Shown here piece by piece: positions 1 to 11,639 of a DNA stretch of 64,000 bases. Below the pieces are notes generated by a model, which had not been told where the DNA came from, ran no database searches, and was given only the letters and a program-made list of their open reading frames with translations. Both the position numbers and the translations under genes were made by a program. Position 1 is the stretch's first letter. Every line of letters begins with the position of its first letter. Source of the stretch: Anthoceros angustus (taxonomy: Eukaryota; Plantae; Anthocerotophyta); assembly GCA_010909165.1 (NCBI GenBank), contig VJWM01000309.1:31532-95531 (forward strand), in the 5' to 3' direction.

Positions 1-639
1 CATGCTATGCAAGTGTGGATGCTTATGATGTTGATGATGCGCGGCACCGGATTATCTATATTTTCACATCATATTAAAACATGACAAGAAGGAGAGGGAA
101 CGGTTCCCAACGTCGACTTCTTCCTGACGAGCGAATTCATGGACAATTTCCCCCTGCTTCAACGCAAGTTTAGGTGCCCCAGCGTCGCAATCAACCTCCG
201 CATCACCCCCTCCTACAATTTGGTACAGAGGGACAGCTTTCAAGAGACTTCCAAGCTCCTGTCCGTCGGCAAAATCCAAAGTCCATAGCTCATGCAAATG
301 CGCCAATTTTAGGAGCTATACATCGCATCAACACAAGGCTGGATGCAATCACTCTGCTTCTGCAGACATTATATGATCATTTGTTCGAGTGCAAACAAGA
401 AGCTCTTGCCTCACGGCCAGACTTCAGCCCACCGCTACCCGGCAAGACTCTACCCGGCAGATGATAGAAAGGCCATAAATTATTTTAATATTATATATTA
501 AGGGTTTTATCTAATGATTAAACTTCATTGAGTGACTCCTTTATCTTTAAGAGATATTTGAAGCTATTATTTCTCCTTCTTGATGTTGTAGCTTGTATCC
601 AAGGCATCATAATATCTTGGATCTGCCTATAACGACGAG

Positions 640-830
640 ATGGCAGAAACAACCCCCTCTACCAATTCCACGATAACTGATGTGTACCATACCACACAGA
701 GCAGTGCTGACTTTAGAGAGGGACCATTTTAATGGCACCAAGTATAACATTTGGGCTATAAGAATTAGAGCGGCTCTCGATCTTGAAGACATGTGCGAAT
801 TTGTCTCTAGAAAGAAACAAGACCCCTTTA
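640..830 (+). mobile_element. Ty1/Copia gag N-terminal remnant
   Basis: Translation HFNGTKYNIWAIRIRAALDLEDMCEFV matches the Copia gag start motif (FNGxNYxxWxxRMxAxL); isolated and frameshifted. Confidence 0.55.
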
Positions 831-1846
831 CTAGGGACCTCCGCATCAGGAACGGTTTTTGTAAGATGGGCAGACATTGCATACTTCCCTTAAGTGGAAC
901 GAGCAATCGCCAAACATGAGCGGGTACCCAGGTACTATTATCACCACTCCTTCTAATAATTATTGATAGGACAAATAATATGCCGTGGATGACCCCAATA
1001 ATAGGCTAACCCACTAGGATAGATGATAGACACTTAAAGAAACGCAAGGTTAAATATGTATCATCTACGTGCATTGGTAACATATGATCACGATGCTGTT
1101 AAGAAAGAGAGCAGTGGTCCCGTCTTCTCGGCACAGCTCGACCGCCTGCCTTTGGATGTCGCGGAGTTCCCAGAAAAGCCACCCAATGATCGCCGGCCAG
1201 CGCCGGGTGAAGACCGTGCCAGCCTTCTCTTCCATGAGACGCATTTTAGACGAGGAAAGAGCTCGGCTAACTACCGTCTTTCACGTTCGCGTAACTGTCG
1301 TCAACCGTCGAGATCCGCACACACGAGGAAAGAGGCCCCTTCTGAACATGTGAAGGGGTCTCATTTCACATTCGGCACGAACTTCTGCAGGGAGCTCGAC
1401 TGCGCCAGTGCCTGGGTGCCCTGCCATCTTCAACTATATGTGCTATGAGTCAGTGTAAAGTATGGATGAAACATGCTTCTCCCATAGTTCTCCGAACAGG
1501 AAACGACCACCTCCACCTGAACAAAGACATTGTTGGTTACGGAGATGATTACAAACAAGCTTTCATTTATAAGAGAACCTTTAAAGAAATTGCAGAGCCC
1601 CAGGCCACTTCAAGACGTGCAAGGGAAGAAGAGAGCCCACCAGGAGAGCAGACTGTACAAGCCAGCTTCATGGCAGTTCGAAATCATGGACAAACCCATC
1701 TGCATATCTGCAAGCTAGACGATAGTGACCCATATTCTGCCAGCGTGATGTTTAGGCCATAATGGACATCCCCTCTTGAGCTTGTGCGATCCTGGGAAGA
1801 TCGTGTCCTCAGCCCGGCCACACACAAACTTCTTGTGACGATTTCC

Positions 1847-4042
1847 TCATTGCATCCTGGCTCTGGTGGTTTTCGATCCTTCAGACTCGACTGAAGTTAC
1901 ATGAATTTTAGCAGCCTTTTTTCGTGCTAGCCTTCTGGCCAAGTCAAGAGATCCAAGCTTCAATGAGAAGAAGGCAGTTGCTCACATGGAGAAGCAGAAA
2001 GGATAAGGAGCAAATTGCAGCGGAAAAATGCAGGCCGTGCACGTTTAGAGACGGAAGGACTGCAACAACATATTGCACCTTTGTTTCCCCTCATATGAAC
2101 TGGAGGAATATGAGTTGTCCAAGGGTTTGCAACGCTGATGAGGTTGATTGCTCTGTCGAGCAGGTCCAATTTTGGGCCAAGACCTGGGAAAATACGAAAT
2201 GTTGAAATTTATTGGAAGCATATGTGCATTGACAAAAAATCACTGCGGGCAAGGTTGGGGATGCCATACCGGTTTGTCAAGTCAATCCTGTATGGCACAC
2301 CATTTTGGACGATGGTTGTGGCAAGCCGTGAGTTTCCAGCTAACAGCTCCAATTCCTGGCCAACATACGGAGTCTTCTGTGCATCGACATCACACACAAC
2401 TGACCTTATGCGCGGCTTGTGACGATCCAGAATGACCTGTTCAACAAAGAAGTCAGCTGTGAGTGATAGGAGATTAATGACCTCACATCTCACCTGGTAC
2501 ACAGAACATGATGGACAGACCAGAATCACTATGCTGGAACCGCAGAAATACTAAGTGCTGGTACCTGTGCAATAACATGGCGGAAGACGTAGTGTTCATC
2601 TTGCAAATGCAGGCGGGCTATATGCCCCAACTTGTCATATGTTGTCGGTACAGCCATACCCACAGGGAGCAGGTCCTGCAAGATCTGCACAGAGTCCACA
2701 ACACCAAATGGGAAATACACGCTTGGATGCTCCAAAGGGTCCAAGGGAATCTAGATTGTATATCCTTGCCCAACAATAAACAATCGATTTTCTAGCCAGC
2801 CGTGAAGGAAAGAGTCGTCAGACCTCATCCACTGCCCAATAGTCATACGAAAGAACCAATCTTGTCTGGATAAGTTGCCGTGTTGTGAGTCCTCTCTTGT
2901 TTCCAGCTGCAACAGCCATCTGGCGAGCAGAGCGCACCGAATGCAGAGCTGGAGTTGTCAGATGACCAGAAAACTTGGAGGCCTACCTGACATGAAAGCA
3001 CAGCTCATAACCGTCCCCTGGTTCAGACCTGAAGAGCCATGGGAAGTCCGTCCAAGGCTTTCCCTGCAAGCCCTTCATCCAGTAACAACAGTCTCGTTGA
3101 TCCTTGAAATCTTCTCAACTGTTTTCCTTGCTCTAACAAACCTAGAAAGTCTCCTATTGCTCCATGATCCTTCCCAACTCCCCACCCATCCTCCACAACT
3201 TCCACAACCACAGCTTTCTCCTCCCACATGCTTCTGCTCTTCCCCCTGGCTTCTACCATGTTAGATTTGTCGTTCTGCAATTTTTCCGCAGAGTCTTTCT
3301 TGCTGTAGATGAGAGACCGTGCTGCACCTCTAGGCCTTGATAGTTCCTCAAGATGTGGAAATCTTTCCTCCTTCTTCCTCCGCAGCCTGACAACCCCAGT
3401 CCTCAGCGCTGCTTCACTGCCAACATCATCATCCTCAAAAACAGCCTTTCTGACGGTCTCAGAAACAGTTTCCTCTTTCCTCTCGCCATCCCAAAACAGG
3501 CCTTCCAAGTCCTCGTCAACTTCATCCCCGGTAACCCTTGCAAGGTTCTTGATACGAGGCCAATTCAACAGATGCCCTCGAAGCTGATATGCCAACTTAT
3601 CACCCTCGTCTGACGGAACTCGCAAGGCAGCAATATCATAAACCCTGGTAAACCCAGCCCTGTCAATGTCAGCTCCCTTGACGTATCTCGGCTTCGTCAG
3701 GAGATGGTTGTAGCTGCTAATGTCGTACACGCTGGTTTCCTCCTCCCCGTCTCGTTGGATTCTCTGCCACCTTTCCTTTTTGGTATCTGAAGCACATCCT
3801 CTGCGGCCCCGGCTCAGAGACGGACCCAGATGGAGACCAGAGAACGCACAGACTATGTTGGCATGGTGCCGCCGAGTTCGTCTGCGTGAAGAGAAGAGTC
3901 CTGTTTTTGGAGGAATTCCTCGACCCAAGCGCAGCCCTGATTGTTCCCAAATCTGTATACCAAACTTTTGGAAGGAAGACAGAGCCTTTGATTCGGGTGT
4001 TGGGTTCCAGAATGCAGCTCTGCAGTGGCCTCCTAACATCAT
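1847..4042 (-). CDS. TRM5: TRM5-like (tRNA m1G37 methyltransferase 2, organellar type), multi-exon, apparently lacking the SAM-binding C-terminal domain
   Basis: Exons encode FTRVYDIAALRVP..QLRGHLLNWPRIKNLARVTGDE, GSTRLLLLDE, LVLSYDYW, ILQDLLPVGMAVPTTYDKLGHIARLHLQDEH and VILDRHKPRIRSVV..LELLAGNSRLATTIVQNG..RIDL, as in plant TRM5b. GT-AG introns. Likely ATG at 4042 or 4039; the 3' exons and stop are uncertain. Confidence 0.75.
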
Positions 4043-4124
4043 GCCCAGCAGATTTCTACGAGAGACGGATCTTGCAAGCCTCGAATTTGAGATTCTAAGC
4101 CCTATTTTCGTCAGGGGTCGACCA

Positions 4125-4490
4125 ATGTGAAGTTCGGGCGAAGTTGAGGACTGGACATGCAAAGGGAATGTGATCCATGTGAAAGAGACCTTGGCTGCAA
4201 AAGGGACCTTGGTCTTGCACCATCGTGCACAATTGTGCACTACAACAAAGTGCCAGAAAGGCGGGAAATGGTATGACAACTTTGAGGATTGTCTCATCTC
4301 CGTGTCACCCAAGTGCAATGTGGGATGCCCCTGTTTCGCTATCTTGTTCATGTGGTACAGTAGTGATGTAGAATCGTTCTAAGTTGTCCAGTTTAGAACC
4401 AGTGAAGCTCGTGCTTTCCTGCATTTCCCCCGACAAGTTGGTTGTGAGTGTGAACAAGCAAAGCACGGTGCAACATGATCCCGTGTTACA
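4125..4490 (+). pseudogene. ELP6: ELP6 pseudogene (exon 1-2 remnant)
   Basis: Nucleotide paralog of 18745-19180. ATG is followed at once by TGA; VKETLAAKGTLVLHH is retained, followed by an internal deletion; ends just before the LINE 3' end. Confidence 0.75.
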
Positions 4491-4559
4491 GTGGATGTCA
4501 ACATTCTTTCCGGTGGGAACAGGGTAAAGTCACCGGTGAAATCCAGAAAGAATATGACA

Positions 4560-6150
4560 ATTAAATAATTAATTAGTACGAAGAAGAAGAATTTTATTCA
4601 AGTCCACTAAGGACGGATTTCCGTCATGGGACTGATATGACAGATATACAAAGAGACTATAATGAAATTTAACTACTATTCTGAGTCTGGCGTAGAGAAT
4701 AGTGCTGTGAGGCATAATCAAATATCCGGCAAGTTGAGAAGTTGAAGTTGGTTGGTCCTCATTTCCCACATTTGTTTCAAGCAAACTCCTGCAATAATAG
4801 GGTCAGGAAAATTGAAAAAACCCCTGAGTGAAGATCGAGCTGTTGTAAATAGATTGATAAATGTATGCCTGATATCTTCATATATGGGACAGAGGAAAAC
4901 AAAGTGTTCCTCATTCTCAACATCCCTGTTGCATAACCTGCATATTCGGGTCTCCTTAGGTGGCTTTGGACGTAGCCATCTATCAGTCTCAACCCTGAGA
5001 TGGTGGGACCCCACCCGAAGATGACCCATAATCATCCTAAGCTTGAAGGACACATGGGTGCGAGATAGAGAGGAAGCATTGGTTTCCCAGAGTTGGAGAG
5101 GATACGAAAAAGTTGTTTGTAAGTTTCTAGCTTAGTGGGTAAGGGAGAGATAGGAGACCGTATAAGACAAATAGGTAGTTTGCAAATCAAGGCGGATGGA
5201 CTTATTCGGAGGAGGGGAAGGAATTGAAGAGGGGTGGGCGGAAGACTCTCGGGGGAATCCAAACTTCTCGGCCGGAAGAAGGCGAGCATACCAGGTCTTG
5301 TTTCGAGGAGGCTAACTTCCGGGATGATTGGAATGCAAGAAGGAGGTATGAGGGAGTGGAGGTGGGGTGGTTAGAATGGGCTTCTTCTAAAGAGTAAAGG
5401 CGGTATAGGAAGTTGGTTAGGCGAAATAGACCCTCAAGTTCAAGCGGGAAAGTGGCAAACTCTGCAAGAAAGATGGCAAGGGGGACAGACTTCTTACATG
5501 CAATGTGGGGCCGAAGAAAGGATGTCTGAACCTCCTCCACCCTGCACCAGTCGTCGAGTGAGAGGTAGGGTCCCCAAAACTCGGCCACATACATAGCCGA
5601 AGGAATCACAACTGTGTTGAAGAGCCATTACTGAGTGGGGATGTCCTTGATGTGCATCCTAGAGCACTGTCTCCGAACCCCACATGCAGATGCCACACCT
5701 TTGACAATGCGAGCAGAGGTAGAGAGCTTCCATTGGAGTGTCGGGCCATAGAGAGTGCCACCTAGGTAGACATAAGATCGAACAACCTCCACATGCTCAC
5801 CATAGTAGAAGAACTTCAAATTGTCTTTGAGCGTCGGTTGAAAAACATGACCTTGGTCTTCTTCAAGTTGACCTCCAAATCTCTTGCCGCGCAGAAGCGG
5901 GACAATGTGTCTAGTTGCTGTTGGAGGCCCTCAGGAGAGTGGGACAAAAGGGCAATGTCATCTGCATACAAGAGAATAGCTATATACCAAGGAGAGGAGG
6001 CAACCAGGATCCCCAGACTCCGCAATCCAAGATTCCAGCTCATCAATGTACAGGTCAAATAGGTTAGGAGAAGATGCATCTCCCAGCCGCACCCCCATAT
6101 TGCAAAGCAAATCCAGAAGGTCAAAAGCAGCATAGGGTGTGCGGATCCTA
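4560..6150 (-). mobile_element. Non-LTR retrotransposon (LINE, RTE-X/L2-like) 3' portion, degenerate
   Basis: RT motifs GVRLGDASSPNLFDLYID, ILLYADDIALLS, LEVNLKKTKVM and YVYLG; C-terminal zinc motif LRVGSHHLRVETDRW..RICRLC..ENEEHFVFLCPIY; frameshifted and 5' truncated. Confidence 0.85.
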
Positions 6151-8730
6151 GCCTTCACCAGCGTTCAGACAACGGCGGTGAATTCACATTAAACGAATTT
6201 CAGGCCTATTGCAAGGACGCAGGCATTGGGAGACAACTTACTGTTGTTTATACACCGCAGCAAAATGGTGTTGTTGAGCGCTTGAACCTGACTTTGCAGG
6301 AGATGGTTTCATCTCTGCTTCATCAAGCTTCTCTTCCTCTCTCTTATTGGGCAGAAGCCCTAATGACAGCTGTGTATCTCCGCAACAGATTGCCTACAAC
6401 TGCTGTGCCTGGAGAGACCCCTTATGAAGCCTTCTATGGCCGGAAGCCAGCTCTCCTACATCTTCGGACTTTCGGATGTGTTGCATACGCTTTCATCCCT
6501 AAGACCCAGAGACCCAAGTTAGTTGCTAAAGCCAAGAAATACCTTATGATAGGCTATACTGAAGGTATCAAGGCTTATAAACTTTATGACCTACCTCAGA
6601 ACAAGGTGGTCTATGCACGCAGCGTGACTTTTGATGAAGGTCGCACTTGGCAGCTAGTGGGAGCTGTTCCCAACGAGGAGGCCCTTGACATTTCTGCCCT
6701 GCCTGATGTCACTGTTTTTCCTGACACTGCCCTTGAGGAGGTTGCTCCTGCAGGGGGGAAAGAATAGCAAACTGATGAGCAGGAGCAGGAGGTTGCACAT
6801 GATGCAGAAAACTTTGCTCACTTGCAGCCGCAACCTCCTCCAGCTGATGCAGAACCTGACCTTTTACCTGATTCCATTCCCGATTCTGACGAGGATGCAG
6901 CTGCTGACGATGCGATCCTTTCGACATCGATGCAGAAGGTGAACCCGTGCTTTAGCCTTTGCCACCTGAACCTGGACAGCCTCCACCACCTGAGCGCGTT
7001 ATCCTGCAAGAGAAAGACAGGCACCAGACTATTACCAGTCACAGGACTTCAGAAAACCAACAGCTAATGCAGCTACTTCTCTGGATCTAATTGAACCTCA
7101 ATCCTATGAAGAAGCTCCTGAACCTCAATCCTATGAAGAACCTCAATCCTATGAAGAAGCTCTTAGCCGTCCTGATGCTGCTGAGTGGAAAAAGGCTATA
7201 CAATCAGAATATGATTCATTAATCAAAAATGGGACATGGGAACTTGCTAAGTTACCTCCTGGACCAAAGGTGGTATCATGCAAGTGGGTATTTAAATTAA
7301 AGGTGAAGGCAGATGGAACATTTGACAGGTACAAAGCACGACTCGTAGCTCGTGGTTTTTCACAAGTGCCTGGTCTTGATTACTTTGAGACATATGCTCA
7401 TGTTATGAAGCTGGCCACTTTCTGCACAATTTGTGCTCTGGCAGCATATCAGGATTACGAGTTAGACATGTTCGATGTAAAGACAGCGTTTTTGCATGGC
7501 AAACTCGACACGGAAATCTATATGCAGCAACCACCAGGATACGAAGTTAAGGGCAAAGAGGATTACGTCTTACGCCTGATAAAGACCCTGTATGGGCTGA
7601 AGCAGTCAGCTCTCGAGTGGAATGCTGTCATGGATGAAGAGTTGCGAGCATTAGGTTTTTTGAAGTGTGTCTCAGATAGCAGCTTGTATGTTTACAGATC
7701 CGATGATGTGGTATGCTATCTGGCAGTATACGTGGATGATTTGATCTTATCCTACAATAGCCCCACGTTCATCACCAAAATTAACAAGCTGTTAGCTACC
7801 AAGTTTGAAATGACGAACCTTGGAGCTTTACAAAGCTGGCTGGGCGTTCTTATTCAAAGGGATAGGACAAATTGATCTATATCCCTTACCCAGCCTCGCT
7901 ACCTGTTAGAATGTGCTAAACAGCTTGGCTTGAAGGATGCAAAACCAGCAGCTACCCCACTGCCTTGTGGACTGAAGTTTAGCAAGTCCATGGGTCCTGA
8001 AATACAAAGCGAGAAAGACGAGATGAGGTCATCTTCTGTGAAGGGCGTTGGCAACTTATCTATCACCAACACAACACGACCTGATGTTACCTACACCACA
8101 AGCGTACTCTCCCAGTATCTTGAAAACCCTGGACAAACACATTGGACAAGTGTTAAGAGAGTCATCATGTATTTAAAAGGAACATCAACTATTGGGGTCA
8201 AGTTCAAACACATTCCGGGTGTGCCACTGGAGCTGGATGTGTACACTGATTCTGATTATGCAGGAGATGTTGATACACGAAGATCAGTTTCAGGATATGT
8301 TGTCATGGTAGCAGGTGGACCTATCTGTTGGTCCAGTAAAAGCAACTGCCACATCAAGCAGAAATTTGAGTATCGTGTTCTCACGGCGTGACCAAGGAGA
8401 TTGCTTGGTGTAAATTGATGTTCAAGGAACTCGGGCTGCCACTCCCAACCTGCACCACAATAAAGACTGACAACCAGGGGTCAATGAACTTGGCACAAAA
8501 TCCCGTTTTTCACTCTCGCACGAAGCACGTTGAGGTGGAATATCACTTCATCAGGGACCTCATCAAGTCTGGGCAGATCATGCTGGAATATATACCAAAC
8601 GCAGAGAATCCAGCAGATGTGTTCACTAAATCCCTCAGCAGGGATGTACACACAGACACATGAAAAGTCTGGGCATGGGCAGCCATGCAGGCTATCCAGA
8701 GGCCCCACCTACCAAGACCTAGCCTAGCAG

Positions 8731-9699
8731 CTAGGTGCAGCCCCAGTCATTGTTGTCATCGTCTGAGTCATGGTTGTCATAGTCTGTGGGAGACCTAAAT
8801 GATCCCCTGCTCACCGAGGAAGTAGACTCAGAAATCTTTTCCCATGAGGCAGGGCTATCAGACTTGGAGTTGAATGTTTCCGAACCAGAACGAGGGGAGT
8901 TTTTTGCTTTCCTCTCCTGGTAGGAGACTCTCTCCTTCGTCTCCTGGCTAGCTTCCTCTTCTAGACGGTCCTCAGGTCCTATTAGAACGAGTGGGAGGAC
9001 ATCAGGGAGTTAGGATGGCAACAGACATTGACAGGTTATCAGGGGGGTTGAAAATATGTTGCTTAAAGCATAAACGGCAACAGGGAAGATTGCCAAAAAC
9101 AGGTTAGGCAACTTACTATAATAGTTGATGACATGATCTTCAAAACCTGGACAATTCTGGATGCGAACTCGGACCATCTTCAGCCCTGAAGCAACACACC
9201 TATACCAAACAGGGCTTCCAGGCCATCTAGCTGTTCCAAGGGTAACAATCCTTGTTTCAGACAGTACTCCTCTTGGCTCAGGAAACTTGGGTGGCGCTGG
9301 AGGATGTGGCTCGAGGGAGGCGTACTCGAACTCTCCCCGCTCACACCTGCGGGCATCGAAAGAAGCCCTTGAGAAGGTCTGCCTCACAGGTCCTGGCGGT
9401 GAAGAACGGGGAGATGGTGCTCCCATGTTAGGCTGGCCGTCAGCACTTGGTGTGACTTGGCCAAGGCACTGGCGCCGTTGCTCAAGCACCACTCTGGTTG
9501 TTCCTCTTGGTCTGCCTCTAGGGCGACCAGTTCCTCTTGATGTCCCAGCACCGACAGTCCCCTTCGCAGCAACACTCTGAGTCATGGCTGAAGGGCAGGC
9601 AGTCGTTCTAGCTGAGGCAACGAACCTCCCCAGAGCATCTCTCTGGAAGATCCAACGCTTGGGACTTGAGGAGAGTTCTTCAGACTCCGAAGAAGACAT
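8731..9699 (-). CDS. Spliced antisense gene inside Copia; AT-hook-like protein of about 276 aa
   Basis: ATG 9699; exon 9699-9117; intron GTAAGT..TAATAG at 9116-8979 (phase 1 at both ends); exon 8978-8731 open to TAG; contains GRPRGRPRG. Confidence 0.6.
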
Positions 9700-9979
9700 A
9701 CCGCCCAGTGCTGTGAGTTTACGCCCCAGAATCCAAGAGAGAATGAAAGCCAAAACGTAAAAACAAGCTAACGTGCACGCAGCGGACCTGAACGGGGCAG
9801 TCTTCATGTTGTGCGGTTCCATTGCTATCCAGCGAGGTCCAGCTGCCACATCCGGTACACACTGTGTAGAGTAAGCTGGCTGGTTGCGAACTCTTGGTCT
9901 AGCTGCCTACCCAAGACCCTCGTGGAGCTGGAGACAGTCCTTTGCGTAATGATCAACAAGTGGGAGTAAAGGAAGATAG

Positions 9980-10112
9980 TGTGTCGATTCCTTGCTTAGG
10001 GTTTCGTTATATCCACATATATAGCTGGCGTGTACGCGTATATAGTTTAATGTTTAGCCACTTACCTCTTCCTAGGGTTACGTCTCTAGCCCAAAGGTCA
10101 TGTCCTTTCACA
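9980..10112 (+). repeat. Short 3' LTR of Copia
   Basis: Purine tract GGGAGTAAAGGAAGATAG (9962-9979) followed directly by TGTG...CACA; contains a TATATA box. Confidence 0.65.
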
Positions 10113-10223
10113 ATTAGATTAAGTCTAGTTGCTACTCTGATTTACTTACTTCATATTCTTATGAGCATATGATAATGTAATTACTAAATACGTAATTGAT
10201 CTGTACCATTCTCATAATTCGTT

Positions 10224-11234
10224 AAGAGGCACAATGTCATGACTCAAGAGGTCATTGATTTGCCATGTTAGATTAATTAATGCAAGTCTATGAGGCCTGC
10301 TCCAGAGAGGCCTATTAGATAATAATTCAAGCATTTTAAGTAATAATTTGCAGAGTGAGTTACAAAACTGAAAGAAACCAATGCAAAGAGAGCTGAATGG
10401 AACAAGTTAATTATAATTGATTGGAATGTGAAGCATTCAAAGAAAATTGTAATTAACTGGAAAGCGGTTACTGATGACCATAACCCTAGTGGTTTCATAT
10501 GGAGCTTTGACTGTTGGCTTAAGAAATAGTTAATAGAATACTATATAAATAGTTTTTCACTAGAAAATAGGCATTCTTTTGAAAGTTTCTCACGTGATTA
10601 TTATATTCACAGCCATTTCACATGCACAATTTTCATGATTTGTAATTCATAATACAAAATCTTAAGCTTTGACTTATCAATAGAATCATGTATTCTTTGT
10701 TGTGATCATGTGTGATTATTTATTTAGTTGATTAGATAGAATCCATTAGAAAATAACTCAGAACTTTAGAGTTTCTTGTTTTACTTGGATTAGTTTAGAA
10801 TTTCTTACTCTAGCTTGATCAGCTTGAGACCTTCTTACTTTCAAAAGAATACTTGTTTTGTTTTACTGAACATAATCCCATAAGTGACGATAATAAAAAT
10901 GGAGAAAATTTTCATTATTGTGGGACCTATGTTTAGTGGCAAGTCAAGTTACTTTTTAAGAAGCATATAATTAGAACGAGAAGCAGGTAGATTAACAATC
11001 TTAGTTAAGTCTGACAAAGACAATAGATATGCAATCAATGCAGTTGTAACACGTATAGGAGAATAATTAAATTGTCTAACTATAACCGAGTTGAAGAGCT
11101 TAAAGTCAATAATTAGTGAAGATCAATTTGATAGGTTAGACACCATTGGTATAGACGAAACGCAATTCTTTTCTGATTTGATAGAATTCTGTGAAGAGTC
11201 AGCCAAGAAAGAAAAGAAAATTATAGTGGCGGGA
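10224..11234 (+). repeat. Dispersed AT-rich repeat; inverted copy at about 59780-60655
   Basis: Continuous similarity to the reverse complement of 59780-60655, e.g. GTCTATGAGGCCTGCTCCAGAG and CTTCTTACTTTCAAAAGAATACTTG. Confidence 0.85.
10899..11234 (+). pseudogene. TK: Thymidine kinase (TK1 family) pseudogene, N-terminal part, intronless
   Basis: MEKIFIIVGPMFSGKS (P-loop), KSDKDNRYAINAVVT, LDTIGIDETQFFSDLIEFC, KIIVAG; two in-frame TAA codons; truncated at 11234. Confidence 0.85.
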
Positions 11235-11394
11235 TAGTGTGCAAGCTTGTTTGTGCAAAATGAGATGAGTGCGCAAATAAGCTTGCATACTATCCCTCCA
11301 TGATAACGAGATGAGTGATAGTGTGCAAACTTGTTGCGCAAAATGAACGAAAAAATCTAGGTGCGCAAATATGTTTGCACATTTGGGGGTTAGA

Positions 11395-11590
11395 AGATCC
11401 AGGTGTGCGCACCTGGGGGCAAGGGGGTCCAGGTGGACGAACAAGTGCACACACCATGGGACAAGGGCGCCCAGGTGGGCGAACAAGTGCGCACACTAGG
11501 GGACAAGGGCGCCCAGGTGGACGAACAAGTGCGTGCACCATGGGGCAAGGGGGCTCAGGTGCGCGCACTGGTGTCTGCATCAAGGGGCAA
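11395..11590. repeat. Tandem repeat, about 39-40 bp x4, GC-rich
   Basis: GGGRCAAGGGCGCCCAGGTGGACGAACAAGTGCGCAC repeated. Confidence 0.8.
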
Positions 11591-11639
11591 GGGGGAATTC
11601 CATAATTCATATATAATTCCACATTCAATGTGGAATTAT

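Larger units (their letters stand above)
6155..10112 (+). mobile_element. Ty1/Copia retrotransposon, 5' truncated (INT-RT-RNaseH, antisense gene, PPT, 3' LTR)
   Basis: Integrase RSDNGGEF..YTPQQNGVVER; RT CKWVFK..YKARLVARGFSQ, DVKTAFLHG, LYGLKQS, VYVDD; RNaseH YTDSDYAGD, TDNQG, RTKHVEVEYHF. Premature stops near 6766 and 7873 and a frameshift near 8350. Confidence 0.92.

Noticed and set aside
1-1800. Short ORFs at 174-464, 1056-1448 and 1445-1762
   Set aside because: No motifs or splice structure that I can support.
4043-4351. N-terminal 100 aa of the 442-aa ORF as part of TRM5
   Set aside because: It is the antisense of the ELP6 pseudogene; the ATG at 4042/4039 followed by a transit-like peptide is more plausible.
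10899-11234. Endogenous giant-virus origin of the TK
   Set aside because: No viral hallmark genes in the window and the motifs look plant TK1-like; not excluded without a phylogeny.
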